This document shows positions 43,701 through 55,700 of a DNA stretch of 64,000 nucleotides, one piece after another (position 1 is the first letter of the stretch; every line of letters begins with the position of its first letter). Both the position numbers and the translations under genes were made by a program. The DNA lies in NCBI GenBank assembly GCA_044892505.1, contig CM097883.1, positions 348,130,001-348,194,000 of the forward strand, read 5' to 3'. Source of the stretch: Schmidtea nova. Taxonomy: Eukaryota. The notes below the pieces were generated by a model that searched no databases, had not been told where the DNA came from, and saw nothing but the letters and a program-made list of their open reading frames with translations.

Positions 43701-46700
43701 TTTTGACGGTCAAATGGTGAATCCAAGAAATGAGGAGGAAATAAAAATGGACACAATGATAATTGATCCAATGGCGTCTGAACTGGGAAATAATAAATTG
43801 TTACAAAGTGAATATACTGATGCTGACTATCCTACCACGACAGTCTCTGTTGATCCTTTCAATATGGACAAGTTATGGTCGCCTAATGCCTATGAAGGTG
43901 TTTTATTTTCAGATTTATCTAAGGTAACTTTAAAAGAAAGTATTAAAATTGAAACTCCTGAAGAATCTATTACATTTGGCGACGACAGCGAAATAGGAAA
44001 GCAACGTGAGAGTGAATATATTAAATTGTCTGTCAACGATCAAAGGCTATTTGATGAAAATTTGAGGACTTTAAAACCTTCAGAAACTTCATTACTATTG
44101 GAACTTGAAAGTAAAACTTTAGAAAGTATAGAAAAGAAATCAGTCGATGATCTGCATGAAAATGAAGATTTCCAAGTTTGTGAAACTATATTTACGGAAG
44201 AAGTGAATAAACTTTCAGAAAGTGGTTTAGATAGCAAAAGCGGCAACATTCCAATTGAATTTACTGTAGATGATAATGCAGAAATTTCTATGAATAACAA
44301 GTCAACAGAACCAGACAGTAGAATAGGGGGAAATATTGATAATTCACGAAGCCCAGATATAAAGAATAAAGAAAAGGTGGAAAATTTGGATCCCAATTAT
44401 ATAAATGACCCATTCTGGAGTTCAGATGTTTACCCTAAACAAATGATCATTGATGATGCCACGGATTTGGACTTGTCAATTTCAAGTCCAATCGAAGACA
44501 AAGATCCAATTGTGCATTCTGATCTAGAGATTACTGAGAATAGAAACATTGAAATGATTACAGTTGTCCCAAAATTTAATGAATTTACTTTTCCTGAGGA
44601 TATTGCAACCGATGTAAGTGAGCCTGATAAAGGTAGCGCCTCCTATCATCTTCATCATTCATCTAATGACGCCAATTCAAACTATTCTATTTGTCCGGAA
44701 CCTGACAATTATGTAGGATCTCAGGATTCGAAATATGTCAAATTGAACCTATCAGAAGCTCCAGATGATAATTTAATCACTGCTGACAGTAACATTCCCA
44801 GTATCTTAGATATAAACGGTAAAGAAGTCAGCACGTATCTTGATACTCGTTTAACCAGAGATAATTTATTAAATGTAAAGGATCCTAAAGACCTTGTGGA
44901 AACTAATATAATCCTTGATATGGACAACTTTGATACAGGTGGCAAAAGAGATCGTGAGACCTTAGGTAAAGATTCAAGTCTGTCATTAATGAAAGATGTC
45001 TCTTTCGCAAACGAGCTCGGTGTTCCTTTAGAAATGCTTAATGAACAGGTTGATGATTTAGAAAATCAACTTGTTATTCCATTTGTTACCGCAACGAAGA
45101 ATGAATCCCCTGAAGAATGTAATAATTTGACTGTAAATGTGGAACAATGTTATGATATCAAATCAACTGAAAGTGCAAATTTATACGAAAACGTGTCAAG
45201 TATAAAAGATTTCGATAAAAACGAAACGAGTTCATTTGAAATGAAAACTGAAGAATACGAAATGAATGATGAGCCTGTTCAAATTTGTGAAGAAGATAAG
45301 GCTGATATGTTTGAAAAGAAAGGAATATCTAGCGAGGATATTGAACAGACCAACACAGATCTACCCGTAGGATCTCATATAATGGAAGTCAGTTCTTCAA
45401 GAAAGAGCCCATTTTTTGATATTGAATCTGAAATAGTTCCATCTTCTTCTAGAAGAGTTCAAAATAAACGTAAACCAAAGGAATTTAAAAGTTTAGATGC
45501 AATAAATGATTTTCCGACTCCGTTTGACTTTAAATTACTTCATGACAACGAACCGGAAATTGGCAATACAACCGATATAGAAAATCCTATAATTCCAACG
45601 AAGTCAATTAGAGGTCATCGGAATATTTTGGAAGATAATAGTATCGATGCTAAGGGTAGTGATAAAGATTTTACAGAACAAATAATTGGTGATGAGCATG
45701 ATTTCAGCATGGAAGATGTCGATATGCCTCATCAAATTACGGATAGAAATAAGGGTTACATCGGCACTTCACCATCCAAGCCAAATGATGAAAATGAAAC
45801 TGAAATATCTCTTAAGAATAAAGAAGCTCCATTTGATTTGTTTCAAGGAAATGCTGAATTAAAGAATGAGATATCAAATATGGTGAAAATCGCGGAAAAT
45901 GTTATGAAATCCAGCTCTCGTAAAAGACCGTCGGTAAATGAACTATATAAAGATGAAATTATATTAAATGACGAGTCGTCTGAAAACAGTAGGAATAGGA
46001 GTGACAAAGAAAAAATTAATTTTGAAAAGTCGTCTGATTTGATAAAAGACATAGATAATAAAAATTATATAGAATCAACTTCTGACCGATTCCATAAGAT
46101 GAATGACGATACTTTGTCTGAGGACCAAATGAGTAAAGATATAAAAGAATCGTTCTATGACCTATTTCAAGAGACGAAGGAAATTGTGATACTTGAAGAC
46201 CAAATGAATACAGATATCGGAGAACTAACCTCTGACCGATTCCAAGAAGTGAACGATTATATGCCGCCTCATGACCAAATAAGGAAAGATATAAAAGAAT
46301 CAACTTCTGACATATCCAAAGAGACGAATGAAAGTGTGTTACCTGAAGACAACACGAGTAAAGATATTGGAAAATCAACTTCTAACCGATTCCAAGAAAC
46401 AAATGATAATATGTTGCCTCAAAACCAAATAAGTAAAGATATAAAAGAATCAAATTATGACATATCTCAGGAGACGAATGACAATTCCTTGCCTGAAGAC
46501 CAAATGAGTAAAGAAATCGAAGAATCGGCTTCTAGCCGATTCCAAGAAATGAATGACAGTATATTATCTGAAACTCCAAGTAATACTGAAAGAGCCCGAT
46601 TCTCGGAAACAAACTTCCCTGATAAAGTTAATAAAAGTCATGAAAAACCCATAATGGTTCATTCATGTAACGAATTCCAGTTGTTTGAAATTCCAATGAG

Positions 46701-49700
46701 TTCGTTCAGTGATATTTTAATTAATTGCATTGCTATGAGTTCTGTCAAAGGAGGTCAGATATTTGAATTGGTTCCGGGAGATGTTTTGGCCGTGAACGCC
46801 TACGAATACACAGTCACTGACGAATTGCCAACGTTCATGATCATCAAACCAAGCACGACAAATGGTCAATATACAATGTCTACGCATGAGAAATGTCGAA
46901 TCGCAGTTGACCGACCGATTAGAATCGAAATCGACCATTGTAGTATCCCCGAGGGTACCGGTCCAGAATTATTAGTTGTGTCTCCTGGACAGAAATTGGT
47001 CATAAACAATGAACAGATTGAACTATCGGATACAAAGTATTGCGTAATTGAGATTACCGATCCGAATTGGAACATAGCATGTATTTGGCAAGATCAGATC
47101 CAATCGTTGACGATTAATGGAGTTCCAATTCCTCAAAATCTAGAACCAAAATCATTCAAAACACCGATTGTTGTTGACAATAAAATTGAACTGATCGAAA
47201 TAGGAGAGAATATCTGCCATAAAGCCATTGTGATACCTGTCAATCTATTCAAATGTAACAAGTGCTCAGTGGTGAATGTCGAGGAAGGCTTTCTAGTGTC
47301 AACAGAGTCCACGAGGAAGATTATGAAATCCGATGACGTGATTTTGATTCACGATGTCCCCTCATTCACTGTAAATGATGTTACTATTTGCCGTTTGGGA
47401 AGCATGGAGTCAGTGTTGATCCTTTGCAATGGATCTTTGCCTCTAACACGGGATTTCCAGAAGTTTCAGTCGATTGTGAAACCAGATCTTCAATTAACCG
47501 ATTCAATTCAATCCGATGATCAGGTTAATATATTTTTCATAAACATAGCTAATTGTTTCCCCGTACTTATTTTATCTTTTCAAAAACACTTGAAAAATGC
47601 AGTGCCGAATATTTGTGTTAAATTGAAGAAAAATAATTTTCATCTGTGATCTTTTTATTCTTTAATAACAAGAGTATTTTAACTTTTATTCTTTTACCTT
47701 TATGAAATTAAATTCTAATCACTTTTACCTTAGTTTCGTTTTCATTTCTGAAATTTTTAGTCTTGAGGTTGAGATTGTTCAATCTTTAAGTAGTTAATTG
47801 TTGCTTGGAAATATATGTAGGAAATCTTGGAAATCATGCTAATTATTCAGCAGTATGTTTGAAATTAAAGAAATCAATCTAATCCCTTGCAGTGTATTTA
47901 TTTAGCTAATTTTTGTATCTGTAATGACCATTACAATAGATTTCATACATTCGACATTGGGAATTTTACTTATCAAATACTACAGTGACAAAAAATAAAC
48001 ACAATCTAAAGTCGTTGTAAAGTGCATTATTTCACTGAGATTATTATCACAAGTGGAATACGTGAATGATTCACGAGGAATCTTTTACTTTACATGACTC
48101 AGGCACGTGATTGATTCACAAGGCATCTTTTACTTTACATGACTCAGGCACGTGATTGATTCACAAGGCATCTTTTACTTTACATGAGTCAGGCACGTGA
48201 TTGATTCACAAGGCATCTTTTACTTTACATGAGTCAGGCACGTGATTTATTCACAAGGCATCTTTTACTATACACGAGTCAGGCATGTGATTGATTCACA
48301 AGGCATCTTTTACTATACACGAGTCAGGCATGTGATTGATTCACAAGGCATCTTTTACTATACACGAGTCAGGCATGTGATTGATTCACAAGGCATCTTT
48401 TACTTTACATGAGTCAGACACGTGATTGATTCACAAGGCATCTTTTACTTTACATGAGTCAGACACGTGATGAATTCACAAGGCATCTTTTACTTTACAC
48501 GAGTCAGGTACGTGATTAATGCGCAAGCGGTTAACTATAATTTGGGATACATAAAATGGATGATAAATAGAAATATTGTAATTCTTAATATGAATGCTTG
48601 GTGTGTCTAATAAGTAAGTTAGATAATTACAAAACAATTTTTATTCTTATATAAGCTTTTATTTTTCAATAGTCTCCAAAGACGTCAACACAATTTTGCA
48701 AGGCGCATGGATAGCTCAGTAAAGGTATTTTCGAAGAAAATCACTGATCTTTTACCAAATATTATTTGACTGCACTACAAATCCTCTTTTTCGAGGAGAA
48801 ATGGCTACATTTTAGGGGTTGCTTGAGGTAATTGAATAAAAAGAAATCGGAAATGGCTGAGTCAGAGCTTCAGTTGTATATGAGTTCATTATAACACAAC
48901 CCTAAATTGCTGTTGTTGACTGTTGTTATATGAACTCTCTGTTCGTGATTCTTCTTTCATTTTGAATTATTTCATTAAACTTTTCCATTATGTTTCGCTG
49001 ATTTCAATGTCTTGTTGCTGTTTTCAGACCCACCACAGAGGTTCTTCTAGATTTAAATTCGTTAAACCTGCGTTTTATTTAGCCAATGAAGTACTTTCTT
49101 CGCCGTACACAGTGTCCAATTTCATTTGATGAATTTCATTTAGACTTTTTTCCCTTTTAATACAAAAACCAAATCACGCTACAGGATTGCACTCTTTCTA
49201 ATGATATTTTCAAAGTAACGCAATGCAGCTGGTCAACAGAGAATGACAAATTAAAACAAAATGCATTTAATTTAGCTAAATACATTATACTTTATTTATT
49301 TTAAATATTTTAAAATTCACATTCATTTTTCCATATCAGACTCACTACTTATTGGGCACGCCACGCATGGCTGATGCAAGCGTGCAACAGAATTCTTACA
49401 AGTATTCTTAAACTTTAAAAGGATTTTTATTATTATTCGTTCTTTTTTTGATTTAATTATTTGTCTGTGTAGTTTGTCCTAGATTTTATCAGAAATTGGT
49501 TTGACAACATCTTTTATAAATAAATATATATATATATAAATCAGGAAAATACATAGCCATCCTCTTCATATTTCTTGTGAACCCTACATAGTTTTATAAT
49601 AACTACCCTACCACTCATATATCTTCTAAGCTTTTTGTTATAAACTTCCCTTAAACTAAGGGTGTCAAACTCATAGGATAATTTGTGCCTAACAAATAAG

Positions 49701-52700
49701 GTCTAACTTTAAAATTAATATTCATAGAAACGTAGATTTATTTCGAATAATACATTATAATAAACATAAATAAATGAACAAGAAAAATTTCATTTTTACA
49801 TCCTGACACTTGACATCTCTTCTCTGCTACTATCTTTCCAATTTCGGGAGAAATTTGTTCGCAATTATGACTTTTAACACTGACTCGAGGTGAGCGTCAT
49901 CAATGCGGTTTCTAACGGGAGACTTTTCATTACTGAAAAATGTTCGTAAGAATTTTCGTTGCAGGCCGTGAGTTTGACACCCCTGCCTTAAACCATTAGC
50001 AAAATCAATTACTATACAATGTTTGCACTTTTTGCACTATATCTTTGCTATAATGATTTGATATTTTTCTTTTGTATAGATAAAATGATTCTCATTTGAA
50101 AATTAATTTAAATTACAATTTTTATTTAAAACTCCCTATTATTTTACATTAATGCTATTTTATTGCTTCTTTATGTTTGGTATAGTTGGACTATTTTTGT
50201 CTTCAGGGGACCGACAACGCCTCGCTACCTGGGTTATTGGCCGATTATAATGGTAGGCCAATAGATATTACGGATGATGTCATTCAGAAAGCCCGGGAAA
50301 CGGTGAAAAGAATTAGCAATAGACAAAAGGTTTATCATTTTATTCAATATTTACACTCTTATTCTATTATAGGATAAGGAACTACAAAATGAAACATATG
50401 AAATAGCTAAAGATTTAAATGAGCTCGAAGAATGGATAGACACAAAAAATCAGTTGTTGGCGTCTCTTTCACCGGTAGAAATCGACGACGTGGAAACTCT
50501 GGAAATGAAGGAAACGAAAATAAATGAAATTTTAGTTAATAAATAAATAATTGTTTGACATTTTTTATTGTATAACTCTAGGAAGAGGTTGATCTCAAAA
50601 CTGGTGATCTGGAATCGTTGGAGGTCAAATTAGAACAGCATACCGATACTTTGGAAGAGTCGTTTTCTGCATCATTAAGATCCCGATTTTTAATATTGAG
50701 ATCTGGTGTTAATTCTACAAAGCTTTTAACCCATGATACTTTAGCTGACATAGAAAATCATATCAAGTTAAAATTTTTATTATACCTTTTAAAATGANNN
50801 NNNNNNNNNNNNNNNNNNNNNNNNNNNNNNNNNNNNNNNNNNNNNNNNNNNNNNNNNNNNNNNNNNNNNNNNNNNNNNNNNNNNNNNNNNNNNNNNNNNN
50901 NNNNNNNNNNNNNNNNNNNNNNNNNNNNNNNNNNNNNNNNNNNNNNNNNNNNNNNNNNNNNNNNNNNNNNNNNNNNNNNNNNNNNNNNNNNNNNNNNNNN
51001 NNNNNNNNNNNNNNNNNNNNNNNNNNNNNNNNNNNNNNNNNNNNNNNNNNNNNNNNNNNNNNNNNNNNNNNNNNNNNNNNNNNNNNNNNGAGTTTATTAA
51101 AATATAATAATAAGGTAACAGGGTTAAGCCTTTCTCCGCAATGTTTATTTGATGAAATATTTCGATCTTGATACTCATCACTCCAATAAGAAGTTCTTTC
51201 CAATTGATTTATCATTTCTTTCTGAATATTTTACTTCTCGTGAATTCTGATTTAATATAACTTATTTAAACAAATCAAATCTCATTCTTGAGATAAATTA
51301 AAATTATCTTTTTAAGATCAACATTTTTTTCAAACCAATTATTAATTTCAATTTTTTTTTAAATTTATTTGAAAAAACAAATATTTTAAAAGATTTTTTA
51401 ATTTATAAGCTTTTATAAAAAAATTTATCCGCAATTATTTTTAACATTTATTTACTTAAAAATACAATGTTAATTATTTATATATTTATTTTTGAAAAAA
51501 CAGCATTAATCCACATACACTCGACTTAGCATCCTAATTATTTAAAAACATTCAAAACAGGCGTGTTCATATCATTTTGCGCATGAGTTTTCGGACTCAA
51601 TGATTTTTTCGACAACGTTTTACATTTAACACGTTCTTAATAATTATCAAAGATTTTTCGATTAAATTTTCAAATAAAACATTTCTATTTTACTCTTACG
51701 ACCTTTTATTTGTAAAGTATTTATTACTTAAAGAAAAAACACTTATAGAAAGAGCTAACACAGATACTCTCGGTAAAAGTTATTTAATATTTTTTTTGTT
51801 AAAATGTAGATTAGTTCTCTTTTATAATTTGTTGAACTAGTTTATACAAAAATCTTATTAACATATTACACAATAATAGAAATCGCCGCCATGTTGAGGA
51901 AAGTCGAAAGGATACTGAATGGGATAAGTTGGATGACCTCAGGAAATCCTCTATTATCATTGCTGGGGACGGAGGAAACGCGTTGGAAAATTACCAGGAA
52001 GAAATATTTAAAGTAAATTGGATTTATTATAGTTATTTGTGATAAAGTGCTGATTCTGTACCTTGTGAACTCCATAGGAATTGTCTACTAACCTATTGAC
52101 ATCGCAAAATTTGTTGGAAGATCTTAAACGAGATGCCGAAATTATTACTATTCCGGGAAATATTGGTGAGAAAAGTCACGACAATGACATCCAACAGGAT
52201 CGCGTGGTTTGGCAGCTGTTGTTGTCTCGGTGTAAGGCTCGATACCGACAGATGAAAGACCAGAGTAACAGTCGAATTTCGAAAGTGATTCTTTAATTAA
52301 TTTTATAGAAATGTTAAATGTTGATTTTCTGTCTTTTTATAGAGATTGTCTCCATCGTTTTTGGTAGTGCACACCGACCGAAATGTTAATTTATTGCCGG
52401 TTATCAAAGAAGAAATTGAAAGTCTTTTTGGACATATAAAAGAAAAATCAAATAAAGATGTTATTGGTGTACTGAAATTGATCGAATCGGCGTCACAGGT
52501 CATAGAAAACAGGATTATCAATAGTCAAATGTCGACTGGTGATGAAAATGTAAGCCATTGTTAAATATTTTTATTAACATAATGTCGCTTGATAATTGTG
52601 GGGTCCTGTTAAACTGAGCAGCTTAACTACAAATTTCACGCAAAATTTATTTTTAGGTCCCATTCACAGTTGAACATTTTGAATGAATGAAATACGTTAC

Positions 52701-55700
52701 GAAAAGATCTGAGCAAATTAAAATAAAAATTAAAATATTTCACTATTGATTGTAAATATTTAAGAGTGTGGGATATTCATATTTTAGTGTAACATTTAAT
52801 AGTGTTTTATTTTAATTTAATAATGCTATATATACGATGTGCATTCAATAAGTACCCGACCTAACTAAGAAATAAATAAGATAACCATATGTAACATTTT
52901 TCATTTAATACTTAATTAAATATAGGTAAGAAAATAATATTTTGTTTCATTTCATAATATTTATTAGTTACAATTTAGGTACAATTTTAAAATTTATGGT
53001 TTCGGAGATAGAATATCGTAGTGTTATAAAGTTTTTCGTTTTACAAGGTAGAAAGTGCGATGAAATTGTTTCTCAGTGCCAATCAACGTATAAATCAGAT
53101 GCCCCATCTCTAGCGACTATAAAATGCTGGATTCGAGAATTTAACTGTGGACGCACATCAGTATTTGATGATGAAAAGCCAGGGAGACCACAAGAAATAT
53201 CTGATTCTGTCGATGAAAAATTACTGCAAATCGTGCAAAAAGAGCACAGAATAACGACAAACTTGCTCTCTACTAATCTAAAAGTCTGCGTTGGAATAGT
53301 ACACTCTAAACTGAAAGCTATGGATATACGAAAGTTGTGTTCCAGGTTCGTGACTCGCTTACTAACTTGCGAAATGATGCAGCGTCGCTTAATCAGTTGT
53401 CAAAGTAACTTGTCAGTTTGGGAGCAGTATGGAGACAAATTGTTGTCAAATCTGATTACGGAAGATGAAACTCAATTAGCATTTACCTACCGGATTCCAA
53501 AAGAGAGTCTGCCGAGTGGAAGGTGCCTGGAGCGAAGCCATCATTAAAGATGAAATCAGGGACATCCCATCGAATGATCATGATGTTATCCATTTTTTGG
53601 GATCAAAAGGGGGTTATCCTTATGGACTTTGCTGAGAAAGGAACTATAATCAATGTTGGATATTACAGTAACCTTGTGGCATCTGCTAGAGCAAAAATAC
53701 GGAAGCAACGAAATATTTTACTGTAGTTCCTGCATGATAATGCCCCTGTTCACACGGCACAAATAATTAAGACCACAATTGAAAACTCAGGACTTGTGCT
53801 TCTGGATCACCCACCATATAGTCCAGACCTTGCGCCAAGTGATTTTTGGCTTTTCAGTCATTTGAAGAAACACATGTGAGGCAAGAATTTCGCGGAGAAA
53901 GCGGAATCCAAAGATTTTGTAGAAGAATTCTTTCGAGAATGTACCCCAAAATTTTTTGAAAATGCTTTTTTGGATCTCGTTCATCGATGAAAAAATGTGT
54001 TCTTAAAAATGGCGGCTATGTTGAGAAATGAGACGTATATATGTTTTGTTTAGTTTCAAAAAATGTTTCATATGGTTATCTTCTTTAATTCTTAGTTAGG
54101 TCGGGTACTTATTGAATGCACCTCGTATATATATATATATACTTAAATAAACATGACAAATATTTGACTAATAAAATATATGATGTGTTATTTGTCAAAG
54201 ACATTGAAAAACACATTTATTTAAAAGGTTTATTTCATATAAAAATTCTTTATTTAAACTAAATGTTTAAAAAATATTAATATTGGTAATTAATTTATGT
54301 TTATAAATTAATATCCCAACATGACTCCTCTCTAGATTGTCAGGCTATTGTGGCTGTTTTCTATCCATGGTATTAGTCTGTCAATCGATACTATTCTTTC
54401 ATCTCCATTTATATTGATCTTGATTGTCTTATTGCTTGGTGATATTTCAACTACTTGGTACGGACTTGTATATGGATTGTCTAGCGACTTCCTGAATTCT
54501 GATCGTGGCCACACCTTCTTACAGCCTGTATACAGTTTGCTCACATAGCTTTTTTCTTTTATATTGTTATCCTCTTGAGAATCTTTGAGAGTGTCGGTGA
54601 CATTAGCCTGGATTGTTTCATGTTCATCCTCCTCCGCAACGGTTGATGTTGATATTGTGAAGTCTCCAGGCAGTCTGGTTGTTTGTCCAAATGGTAATTG
54701 GGTAGCTGATAGTTTGCCTTCTCTCCTTGTGCAATTTCTCAAGCCCATAAGAATTGTAGGTAGGTCCTCTACCCAAGTTCTTGATGCATTGTCTAAGTGT
54801 GCTCTGATTGAATTTTTCATTGATCTGTGCCACCTTTCTATTTTCCCATTGGATTGTGGATGATAGGCTGTAGTTCTATGTTTCACTATACCCATGATTC
54901 TACAAAATTCTTTGAACTTTTCTGATTGAAATTGTAAACCTTGATCAGTGATAATTATTTCCGGTACACCAAATCTGCTGATCCATTCATTTTTAAATGT
55001 TTTTATTACTACTTCCGAGCTGATCTCATGTATTGGAATTGCTTCTACCCAAGATGTTCCACGATCAATCATTGTTAAAACATATCTCAAGTGTTCACTA
55101 CATGAAGAGGCCCAACGATATTGATATGGACCGTGTTGAATCTTCCTTTGGTTAGAATTTTTCCTAGCGGAGCCTTAGTATGTCTAGATATTTTTGTAAT
55201 CTGGCATTTTTGACACTCGCTGCACCATTCTGATATATCCTTTTTCATCCTTAGCCAGACATATCTCTCGAAATAACCTTCATTGCTTTTGAGATACGGG
55301 AATACCATCCTTATGTATGCGCAGCTGTGTGAGTGGAACTGTGTTGAAGGCTTGATCTATTGTGTTGAGGGCTTGATCTAAGATAATGTTGTCTTTTAAT
55401 CTGAATATTGTTTTGAGGTTGCAACTGACGTTAATTTTGTTTCTTGAGAGGAAGTCGGCTCCCAATATTGGTTTGGTAACAGCAGCTACCACAAATGTCC
55501 ATATGAACTTGTCCTTGAATCCTTTGATTTGAAATTCAATAGTTTTGTCACCTAAATATTTGATTGGAGAATTGTTGGCTGATAGTAGCTATCGATTTGA
55601 ACTGACCTTGTCTGGATTGTAATCGGTAGAACACTTATATCAGCTCCTGTATCTACTAGGAATGCTACAGATTGACGTTAAATATTTTGGGTTTGATATC

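Noticed and set aside
40436-47075. Short alternative-frame and antisense ORFs overlapping the giant exon
   Set aside because: Shadows of the acidic coding frame (S/F/L/I-rich antisense).
48061-48520. CRISPR array
   Set aside because: Head-to-tail units without spacers and no cas genes.
47524-49140. Additional host exons after the giant exon (for example 47761-47789 and 48673-48723)
   Set aside because: Candidate frames need phase 2 or hit stops; they could not be joined consistently.
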